A DNA stretch of 64,000 nucleotides, from assembly GCA_963745295.1 (NCBI GenBank), contig CAVUWG010000007.1, forward strand, positions 258,382 through 322,381. Reading direction: 5' to 3'. This stretch comes from an uncultured Chloroflexia bacterium (GTDB lineage: Bacteria > Chloroflexota > Limnocylindria > Limnocylindrales > CSP1-4). The position numbers and the translations under genes are program-made. Positions 38,856 through 47,485 of this stretch are shown here, one piece after another (position 1 is the stretch's first letter; the number at the start of each line of letters is the position of its first letter). The notes under the pieces were generated by a model. It was not told where the DNA came from, ran no database searches, and saw only the letters and a list, made by a program, of their open reading frames with translations.

Positions 38856-39097
38856 GCCGCCTGCGCGCCCAACGACTGGAGCGCCTCCGTGATCGAGGCG
38901 ACGCTCTGGAAGACGCTCCGCTTGAGCATCGCGTCCGGGAACTCCACGTCGAACGCGGCCTCCAGCGCGAGCATCAGGTTGACGCTCGCGTGTGAGGTCA
39001 TGCCGGCCTGGTACAGGTCCGCGTCGTCAGGCAGTCCCTGGACGTCGACGGGCAGGCGGCCGTGTTCCTTGATGATCTGTCGAACCTGGTCGCTCAC
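38852..39097 (-). CDS. Dedicated acyl/aminoacyl carrier protein
   Basis: 81 aa: 'VSDQVRQIIKEHGRLPVDVQGLPDDADLYQAGMTSHASVNLMLALEAAFDVEFPDAMLKR'. This is a four-helix ACP pattern with the Ser in 'GMTSHA' at the phosphopantetheine position. GTG 39097 was chosen; in-frame ATG 39205 is an alternative. Confidence 0.75.
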   Translation of the reverse strand: MSDQVRQIIKEHGRLPVDVQGLPDDADLYQAGMTSHASVNLMLALEAAFDVEFPDAMLKRSVFQSVASITEALQSLGAQAA

Positions 39098-39392
39098 GAC
39101 CGAACCCCCAAACTGATAAGTGCATTGACCCCGATGAACCCCGATTCCTCGGCCCACAGGCCGGCGGAGCATACGATAGCCGTACTGGCCAGAGTATCCA
39201 GCCATAAGTCCTACTCCGCGTTGGCCGAAGGCAACACTTGCACCAGGTTGCGGTCGTGATGCCCGCCTTCCTGCCCCGAATCCAGACCGCCCAAGACCGC
39301 CGCGCACCACCCGGGACCGCTCCGGATCGACATCGATGGGGCGTGCGGCTGGCGGTCTCGGCCCATGATCCGGGCGGCGTAGGATTCGGGCC

Positions 39393-39797
39393 ATGCCGAT
39401 CCGGGTCGGTCTCGATCTCGTGGCCGTGATGAGCGTCGAGGAGTCGCTGCGCGCCGCGCATGGCGAGCGCTATCTCGAGCGCCTCTTCACCGAGCGCGAG
39501 GTCGCGGACTGTCGGACGGCGGCGGGCGTCGACCCGGAGCGGCTGGCGGCAAGGTTCGCCGCAAAGGAGGCGACGCTCAAGGTCCTGCCGGCCGCCGATG
39601 AGGGTGTGTCCTGGCAGGAGATCGAGGTGCGACGCGAGCCATCCGGGCGGGTCCATCTCGAATTGCGCGGTCGTGCCGCGCAGCTTGCCGCGGAGGCCAA
39701 GATCATCGACCTTGCCCTGAGCCTCACGCACGAGGGCGGGTTCGCGGCGGCCGTGGTCGTCGCCGAGGTCCGTCACGAGGCGAGCCGCGAGTCCTAG
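39393..39797 (+). CDS. acpS: Holo-[acyl-carrier-protein] synthase (AcpS-type 4'-phosphopantetheinyl transferase)
   Basis: 'IRVGLDLVAV...RLFTEREVADC......RFAAKEATLKVL......WQEIEV......LSLTHEGGFAAAVVVA' is the AcpS family pattern. Divergent from the carrier-protein operon. Confidence 0.85.
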   Translation: MPIRVGLDLVAVMSVEESLRAAHGERYLERLFTEREVADCRTAAGVDPERLAARFAAKEATLKVLPAADEGVSWQEIEVRREPSGRVHLELRGRAAQLAAEAKIIDLALSLTHEGGFAAAVVVAEVRHEASRES

Positions 39798-39803
39798 GGC
39801 GAC

Positions 39804-40139
39804 CTACTCGCTGATCTCCAGCGGCCCGTCCGGGACCTCGATCGCGACCCGGCCGTCGACGATCACGACCGGATAGATCGCGAGCGGCTCCTCGGCCGGG
39901 GGGTCGAGCGGCTCGCCGTTCTCGAGATCGAAGCGCGACAGGTGCAGCGCGCACGTCAGTGTGCCGTTCGTCAGGAAGCCCTTGTCCAGCTCGAAATACT
40001 CGTGCGAACAGATGCCCTGGAGGGCCTGGAAGTCGCCGTTCATGTTGACCACGAGGACCTGGTCCGTGCCGTCGACGAAGCACATCTTCATCGTGCCCTC
40101 GGGCACCTCGTCGACCCCGCACAGGTCAAGGCGCCTCAT
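39804..40139 (-). CDS. Rieske [2Fe-2S] domain protein (suf-operon associated)
   Basis: 'CSHEYFEL' (CxH) and 'CALHLSRF' (CxxH) Rieske ligands. 111 aa, downstream of sufD. Confidence 0.8.
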   Translation of the reverse strand: MRRLDLCGVDEVPEGTMKMCFVDGTDQVLVVNMNGDFQALQGICSHEYFELDKGFLTNGTLTCALHLSRFDLENGEPLDPPAEEPLAIYPVVIVDGRVAIEVPDGPLEISE

Positions 40140-40191
40140 GCCGTTGCCCGGAGGTCCGACCCGCGTCGCCGCGGGCGAGGTTGTGGTGGCA

Positions 40192-41562
40192 TCAGGCCGC
40201 GGTGGCTCCCTGCCCGACACCGCCGGTCGTGCCGGCCGTCCACTTCGCCTCGAGCAGGTCGCGCAGGTGATCCTGCGCCTCGCCGAGCGGCACGCGCGCG
40301 ACGACCGGTTCGAGGAAGCCGAGCACGATGAACTTGCGCGCCTCGTCCGGCGGGATGCCCCGGCTCTCGAGGTAGAAGAGCTGCGATTCGTCGATCGGGC
40401 CGACCGAGCTCGAATGGGCAGCCCGCCGGCAATCCGGCTGGTCGATCTCGAGCGAGGGGATCGCGACCGAACGCGCGTCCCGGGACAGGTTCATCCCGAA
40501 CTCGCCGAGGAAGCTGTCGGTGCCGACCGCGCTCTTCTCGATCGTGATGAGGCCCTTCATGTACGTCCGGGCCCGGTCCAGCAGCGCCCCCTTGGACAGG
40601 AGGTTGCCGGTCGTGTCGCGACCGATGTGGGTCGTGTAGGAGGTCAGGTCGAAGAGCTGGTCGACCGCGCCGAAGACGATCTCGACCTGCTCGACCGAGC
40701 TGCGATCGCCCTCGAGGCGATTGTCGATGCGACTGCGGACCAGGCGACCGCCGAGCTGCGCCAACGCCCAGTGCAGCTGGGCGCCCTCACCGATGCGGGC
40801 CACGCGGTGCTGGATCGCGATCGAGTCGGGCCCGAGCTCCTGCAGACCGGCGACCGAGAGCTTCGCGCCCGCCCCGAGGTTGACCTCCATCGTGCCGGTC
40901 AGGAGCGACTGCCGACCCTCGACGGCATCGGCGGACGGCACCAGCTCCTCGACCAGCGAGGCCGCGGCGCCGGTGCCGAGGACGATGAGCGTCCGGGTCA
41001 GGAGCGCCCGGTCGGGCGCGCCCGACACCCAGCGGATGATGATCGGCTGCTCGAGCCGGACGCCGTCGGGGATGTCGAGCACGACGCCCTGGGTCCAGAG
41101 CGCACGGGTCAGCTGGGCGAACTTGTCGTCGGCCGGCAGACCGCTGGAAGCGAGGAGCTCGAGACCACGGTCGCGCTTGCGAGCGAGGTAGTCGGCGATC
41201 GTCGTGAACTCGACCCCGGCGTCCATCGCCGCCGGTGAGAGTGCCGACGCCGTCAGGTCGCCGTCTGTGAACACGAGCAGCCCTGCCGCTCCGTCCGGCA
41301 CCGGCACCTGGACGGGCGACGAGGCGGGCGCCCAGTGGATGCTCGCGTCCGCGAGGGACGCGGCCCGGAGGTCGATGTAGGTCGTGTAGAGGCGGTTCGA
41401 CTCGGCCGGCAGGGCCTCCCAGGCCTCAAGCGCTGCCAGGCGGTCCGGGCTGTCACCGAGCCCGAGCGCACGCAGCCGATCGTCGAGATCGCCCCGGTCG
41501 ACGGGCAATGAGAGGTCGTCGAGGGCCCGGCGAGCCGGGCGGACTGGTCGGCCCTCGGTCAT
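40192..41562 (-). CDS. sufD: Fe-S cluster assembly protein SufD
   Basis: 456 aa with a beta-helix SufB/D domain: 'SRIDNRLEGDRSSVEQVEIVFGAVDQLFDLTSYTTHIGRDTTGNLLSKGALLDRARTYMKGLITIEKSAVGTDSFL...LFYLESRGIPPDEARKFIVLGF'. ATG 41562 overlaps the upstream stop (ATGA). Confidence 0.9.
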   Translation of the reverse strand: MTEGRPVRPARRALDDLSLPVDRGDLDDRLRALGLGDSPDRLAALEAWEALPAESNRLYTTYIDLRAASLADASIHWAPASSPVQVPVPDGAAGLLVFTDGDLTASALSPAAMDAGVEFTTIADYLARKRDRGLELLASSGLPADDKFAQLTRALWTQGVVLDIPDGVRLEQPIIIRWVSGAPDRALLTRTLIVLGTGAAASLVEELVPSADAVEGRQSLLTGTMEVNLGAGAKLSVAGLQELGPDSIAIQHRVARIGEGAQLHWALAQLGGRLVRSRIDNRLEGDRSSVEQVEIVFGAVDQLFDLTSYTTHIGRDTTGNLLSKGALLDRARTYMKGLITIEKSAVGTDSFLGEFGMNLSRDARSVAIPSLEIDQPDCRRAAHSSSVGPIDESQLFYLESRGIPPDEARKFIVLGFLEPVVARVPLGEAQDHLRDLLEAKWTAGTTGGVGQGATAA

Positions 41563-42491
41563 CCAGCGGGCTTCCGGGCCCGCGGCTTCGGGGTGGCCGC
41601 GCGGGGCTTCGGGGCAGCGGTCGCCCGCGGCTTCGGGGCGGCGGCTGCGCGCGGCTTCCGAGCGGTGGATGCTCGTCGTCGTGGAGCGGCGGCGGCCTTG
41701 GCGGCCGCGGCGGCTTCGGCGCGCAGACGAGCCGAGTAGATGTCGAGGGCCTTCCTGGTCTTGGTGTTCTGCTCGCCCGAGGTCTTGACGCCATGCCGCA
41801 GGAGCGATGCCCGGGCTTCGACGGCCGTCTGGAACGTCTGGGATGGCAGGCACTTCGTCGACAGCTCGAGCATGGCCGTGCCGTCGGGGTACAGCCAGAA
41901 CTCGGCGACCATCGGACGGCCGAACCGCTCGGGCGTGAACTTGGTCTTGAGCACGAAGATCGGCCCGAGGACCGAGAGGTCATCCAATGCGATCCCCTCG
42001 GGCGCGTGTGCCGCGTAGAACGCCCGCTGCGCCTTCGAGAAGAGCTTGCGGATGGGCCGGGCCTTGGCCACCACGGGCCGGACGTCGTCCTTGCCCAGCG
42101 CCGCGCTCAACGATGCCGAGCAGACGTACTTGCCGCCCGGCATCGCGTCCACCTCGACCTTGAAGCCGGGGGTCTGACGGAACGCGGGCGTGAGCTCCTC
42201 GGGCCGGATCGGCCGGAGCTTGACCGTCGAATCGTCACCTCGACCCTGGACGCGACGAGCGCGGACCACGACGCCGCTCTTGCTGAGCTTGAGGTCCGGC
42301 GTGTCGAAGAAGAACACCTGTCGGATCTGCGACCCCAGCGGATCGAGACCCAGCGCGTTGATCGTCGCCCGCCGGTCGGCATCCGCGACCGAGAGCTTGA
42401 GCTCCACGCTGTCGGACCCGCGGACGAGCTCCATCAGGTCTGTGAGTTGCTCGTCCGTCATGCGCAGACGGCTGGCTTCCGCGATCGCCAT
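41559..42491 (-). CDS. CYTH-like (triphosphate-tunnel) domain protein with Ala/Pro/Lys/Arg-rich histone-like C-terminal tail, embedded between sufB and sufD
   Basis: gaggagggga RBS lies before ATG 42491. Alternating charged beta-strands: 'SVELKLSV', 'VVVRARRV', 'STVKLRP', 'FKVEVDA', 'MLELSTK'. Tail is 'AAAKAAAAPRRRASTARKPRAAAAPKPRATAAPKPRAATPKPRARKPAG'. The fold assignment is tentative. Confidence 0.55.
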   Translation of the reverse strand: MAIAEASRLRMTDEQLTDLMELVRGSDSVELKLSVADADRRATINALGLDPLGSQIRQVFFFDTPDLKLSKSGVVVRARRVQGRGDDSTVKLRPIRPEELTPAFRQTPGFKVEVDAMPGGKYVCSASLSAALGKDDVRPVVAKARPIRKLFSKAQRAFYAAHAPEGIALDDLSVLGPIFVLKTKFTPERFGRPMVAEFWLYPDGTAMLELSTKCLPSQTFQTAVEARASLLRHGVKTSGEQNTKTRKALDIYSARLRAEAAAAAKAAAAPRRRASTARKPRAAAAPKPRATAAPKPRAATPKPRARKPAG

Positions 42492-42550
42492 GGTGCGTTC
42501 TCCCCTCCTCGATGTGCCGCGCTCGGTCCACAGTTCGGACCGAGACGGTA

Positions 42551-43954
<1,404 letters not shown>

Positions 43955-44088
43955 TCGATCCTCGGTCCTCGGAGCGCGGCTACGTGGCGCCGCTGGGAGG
44001 CTCACGGCCCCATACACTAATTCCTAGTCAGATTATCGGGATTACGGACCGGACCGTCAACGAGGAGGTGGTACTGGGTGTCGGTGCG

Positions 44089-44832
44089 CTACGCGACGGT
44101 GGACAGCAGCGCCGCCAGGCCGAACCCCATGACCGTTGCGAGCCCGGTCACGTTGCCGCCGTGCTCGAACGCCTCGGGGATCATCGTGTCGGCGATCATC
44201 GTGAGCAAGGCGCCGGCCGCGAAGGCCTGGATGAGCTCGCCGGTGGACCCGATCTGCGTCGCGAGGCCGAACCCGATCACCGCCGAGAGGGCGGAGCCGA
44301 GGACGATCGCCCCCCACATCCCGTAGATCCAGCGCGGCTTCATGCCGGCCGCCCGCAGCGAGATCGACGCGCCGATCCCTTCCGGGAGGTTCGAGATGAA
44401 CACTGCCGCCAGAAAGGCGACGCTGATCGAACCACCGAGCGCGAGGCCGATGCCCAGGACGAGTGACTCGGGGATCCCGTCGAGGACCGTGCCGAGGGCG
44501 ATCGCGCGGCCGGAACCGGGCGACGCCGCCGCGGCGGCGGCATCGGGGTCGAGACGCTTCCGCCGCTCGCCACCCATCCGCTCGATGAAGCTGTCCCCGA
44601 CGTAGAAGACGATCGCGCCGAGGCCGATCGCCAGGCCCACGCCGACCGGCTGGTCCGTCTCGATGGGCACCAATTCGTAGGCGACGGCGCTGATCAGGGT
44701 GCCAGCGCCGAACGCGAGCACGAGCCCGACCGTCCGGTTGGATGGCGTCGTCCGCAGGGCGAGGACCGCTCCGACCAGGAGCGACGACGCGCCGAGAGCG
44801 CCCCAGACGAGCGCTCCGAGGGCTCCGTCCAC
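44089..44832 (-). CDS. ZIP-family divalent metal transporter
   Basis: 'AFGAGTLISAVAYELVP', 'LDGIPESLVLGIGL', 'AVFISNLPEGI' and 'FAAGALLTMIADTMIPEAFEHGG' are ZupT-like motifs. Confidence 0.85.
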   Translation of the reverse strand: MDGALGALVWGALGASSLLVGAVLALRTTPSNRTVGLVLAFGAGTLISAVAYELVPIETDQPVGVGLAIGLGAIVFYVGDSFIERMGGERRKRLDPDAAAAAASPGSGRAIALGTVLDGIPESLVLGIGLALGGSISVAFLAAVFISNLPEGIGASISLRAAGMKPRWIYGMWGAIVLGSALSAVIGFGLATQIGSTGELIQAFAAGALLTMIADTMIPEAFEHGGNVTGLATVMGFGLAALLSTVA

Positions 44833-44882
44833 CGGTGGCCTCCAGACGAAAGACCGACCGGGGCAATGTACCCTCTCTCGCG

Positions 44883-45335
44883 ATGGCGAAGATCCACTAC
44901 GAGGCGGACGGAGCGGTATCGGCCGAGCGTTTCGTGGCCGCGCTCACCGACTTCAGCGAGCACCGGCCCGACCTGTGGCCGAACCTGGACACGAAGTTCT
45001 TCCGCCTCTACGAGCGCGGCGAGACGTGGGCCGAGGTGCAGGAGGGGACCGACGTCCTCGGTGGCGTCTGGGCGCGCGAGCGCTACGACTGGTCGGAGCC
45101 GGGACGGGTCACGCTGACGCTGGTGGAGTCACCGGACTTCCGCCCGGGTACCGTCATCGACTATCGCGTGACCGGACGACCGGATGGCGGCTGCCATGTG
45201 GCCGTCGACTTCCAGCGCATCGCCGCAAGCCCGCGCGGCCGGTTCGTGGGCGCGGTCGTCCAGCTCACTGGCGCCGGGCGCTTCGGCAAGGATCTGCGCG
45301 AGACGCTGTCGCGTCTCGCGCTCCCCTCGCCCTGA
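44883..45335 (+). CDS. SRPBCC (START/polyketide-cyclase-like) superfamily protein
   Basis: 150 aa: 'MAKIHYEADGAVSAERFVAALTDFSEHRPDLWPNLD...WAEVQEGTDVLGGVWARERYDW'. Family assignment is by overall pattern only. Confidence 0.6.
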   Translation: MAKIHYEADGAVSAERFVAALTDFSEHRPDLWPNLDTKFFRLYERGETWAEVQEGTDVLGGVWARERYDWSEPGRVTLTLVESPDFRPGTVIDYRVTGRPDGGCHVAVDFQRIAASPRGRFVGAVVQLTGAGRFGKDLRETLSRLALPSP

Positions 45336-45344
45336 TCCGACGGT

Positions 45345-45923
45345 TCAGGAACGGGACTTGGCGGCCTCGAAGGCGACGGTCCCATCCTCGGCGGCGGCCA
45401 TCAGGTCGGTCGTGACGCCGAGTCCCTCCGGGTAGTCGTTGGCGTTGACGCCCGCGTCGTCGAGCGCACCCGCGACGTCGTCGAAGGCCATGTCGTCGAT
45501 CGGGGCGGTCTCGGCGGCGGTGAACGCCACGGCGTCCGTGACCTCCCGGTCCTCGCGCATCTCGTCGATGCGCTCACGCGCGGTTCGGGCGACGCGGTCG
45601 AGACGATCGCGGACCGTGGTGGACTGCATGAGCGCCCAGGCCGTCAGGCCGGCGATGACGGCGGCACCGAGCACGAACGGCCAGCGGGGTCGGCTCGGCC
45701 GGACGAGCCCGACGGCGACAGCGGCATCGGTGACGGCCTTGCCGACGTCGATCCGCGGGAAGTCGATCTTCGAGAGATCCATGTCGGGCATCTCGACCTT
45801 CGGACGCTCCATCTTCGAGAGGTCCGGGGCGCGCATCTCGGACAAGCCGCGGATGATCGAGTCGCGGCTGATCTCCGGGAGTCGGAGCTCCGGCAGGCGG
45901 GACTCCTTGGTGGTCGTGGACAT
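45345..45923 (-). CDS. Hypothetical membrane-anchored protein with short degenerate N-terminal repeats
   Basis: gaggaga RBS plus ATG 45923. N-terminus 'LPELRLPEISRD...APDLSKMERPKVEMPDMDLSKIDFPRIDVGK', then TM 'WPFVLGAAVIAGLTAWALM'. No family recognised. Confidence 0.5.
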   Translation of the reverse strand: MSTTTKESRLPELRLPEISRDSIIRGLSEMRAPDLSKMERPKVEMPDMDLSKIDFPRIDVGKAVTDAAVAVGLVRPSRPRWPFVLGAAVIAGLTAWALMQSTTVRDRLDRVARTARERIDEMREDREVTDAVAFTAAETAPIDDMAFDDVAGALDDAGVNANDYPEGLGVTTDLMAAAEDGTVAFEAAKSRS

Positions 45924-46033
45924 CGGGGGGTCTCCTCGTAGTGGAGAGCCAGCGTACGGCCGAACCCCGGACGGCCCGACCGGTCGTGTCGCTCCCCGCA
46001 TTGCATCCGCATGACAGAGTCGTCTCCCGGACG

Positions 46034-46069
46034 TCGGAGGGCTACGATGGGTCGGAGGGATACGATGGG
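46034..46069. repeat. 18-bp tandem direct repeat (tcggagggCtacgatggg / tcggagggAtacgatggg) in a divergent intergenic region
   Basis: Read directly: 17 of 18 positions identical. Each unit contains GGAGGG-N5-ATG. Confidence 0.9.
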
Positions 46070-46153
46070 GCCAAGCGCATACATGGAGGGGTCGATGGCG
46101 TCAACCATCGGATCGACGATGACGGCGCACGGCCGGGATCGGAGGGCGTGGCA

Positions 46154-47485
46154 GTGAGCAAGGGACGCTGGCTGGCGGCCGGCGCCGGCGTGGCCGCGAC
46201 AGGGGCGCTACTCGCCCGGCGGGCGAAGCGCGTCACGGCCTTCCCGCCGGGTCCGGATGCGATCACGGCCGAAGGCGCTCGCGCCCACGTCGAGACCCTC
46301 GCGGACAAGGCCGCGCTGTCCAGGTCCGACCTGGCCATGGCGTTCGCGCCGGCGCTCGCGACATCGGTGGAGCCGCTCCTGCACGGCCACCGGTACTTCC
46401 CGCGGATGCTCGCCGACATCGGAGCCGCGCGGGACCACGTGCACCTGCTCATCTACGGGTACAAGCCGGGCGACATCGGGACCACGTTCCTCGACCAGCT
46501 GACCGCGAAAGTCGCCGAGGGCGTGGAGGTGCTCCTCGAGATCGACGCGATCGGCAGTGAGATCGATCTCGGCAGCAAGGGGCTCTTCGCCGACCTGACC
46601 GCCGCGGGGATCAAGGTCGTCGCGCACGACGGCCTCTTCGTGGTGCGGACCGGACCGCTCGGTGACCGGCGCTTCGGCCTGCAGCTCGAGAACGCCCTGC
46701 ACTTCGACCATCGGAAGATGGTCGTCATCGATGGCCGGATCGCGTACGTGGGCGGCACGGGCATCGAGGACCACTACAACGACGAACGGTTCTACGACGT
46801 CATGTGCCGGGTGACCGGACCCGTGGTCCACCAGCTGCAACTGGTGTTCCTCGCGAGCTGGCGGCACAAGGGCGGCACGCTTCCCCGGACGGGCGAGGCC
46901 CTCGACCGGTGGTTCCCGGCGGACGTGCTCGTCGTCCCGAAGGGAGCGACGACCCGGGTGCCCACCACGGTCCTCTGGAACGTGCCGGGCACCGGCCACC
47001 ACCCCATCAGCGACGCCATCGAGGCCTCGATCGACGGGGCCCGGACGCGGATCGACATCGTCAATCCCTACATCAGCAATCGGGCGATCCTGGCTCGAGT
47101 GCTCGCGGCGGCGCAGCGCGGCGTGAAGGTGCGCCTGGTGGCCCCAGGCAAGCCCACGCCCCCATATCCGGCCGCCGCGTTCCGCCACCACTACGAACGC
47201 CTGATGGACGCCGGCGTCGAGATCCTGCTCCACCCCGAGATGGCCCATGCGAAGGTGCTGCGGATCGACGACCGGGTCCTGATCGGCGGCTGCAACCTCG
47301 ACGACCTGTCGCTCTTCCGCAACGACGAGCTGAACTTCCTGTTCGACGACGCCGGAGTCGCGGCCGATACGGAGGCGGCGGTCTTCGATGAGCTCGTTGC
47401 GATGTCCGTCCCCGCCGTCGTCCCGAGCGGCAGGCGGACACGCGCCTGGAACGCCACGATGGACCGGGTGTCCCGCCTGCTCTAG
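46154..47485 (+). CDS. Phospholipase D/cardiolipin-synthase-family protein (two HKD motifs)
   Basis: 'HFDHRKMVVIDG' and 'MAHAKVLRIDD' HKD motifs, plus N-terminal TM 'WLAAGAGVAATGALLA'. Start is GTG 46154 or 46148, after ggaggg. Confidence 0.85.
   Translation: MSKGRWLAAGAGVAATGALLARRAKRVTAFPPGPDAITAEGARAHVETLADKAALSRSDLAMAFAPALATSVEPLLHGHRYFPRMLADIGAARDHVHLLIYGYKPGDIGTTFLDQLTAKVAEGVEVLLEIDAIGSEIDLGSKGLFADLTAAGIKVVAHDGLFVVRTGPLGDRRFGLQLENALHFDHRKMVVIDGRIAYVGGTGIEDHYNDERFYDVMCRVTGPVVHQLQLVFLASWRHKGGTLPRTGEALDRWFPADVLVVPKGATTRVPTTVLWNVPGTGHHPISDAIEASIDGARTRIDIVNPYISNRAILARVLAAAQRGVKVRLVAPGKPTPPYPAAAFRHHYERLMDAGVEILLHPEMAHAKVLRIDDRVLIGGCNLDDLSLFRNDELNFLFDDAGVAADTEAAVFDELVAMSVPAVVPSGRRTRAWNATMDRVSRLL

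Noticed and set aside
38852-39394. The full 180-aa ORF as the carrier protein.
   Set aside because: Carrier-protein homology starts only at about residue 100. The upstream 99 codons are Arg/Gly/Pro-rich or lie in the lower-GC leader. GTG 39097 gives a canonical 81-aa ACP. The ATG 39205 alternative is noted in the findings.
29300-39800. Calling the carrier-protein cassette a mobile genomic island.
   Set aside because: It interrupts the expected suf gene order, and its control region has lower GC. However, there is no integrase, no flanking tRNA, no direct repeats at the borders and no obvious GC shift in the coding parts. I therefore report it only as a possible insertion or rearrangement.
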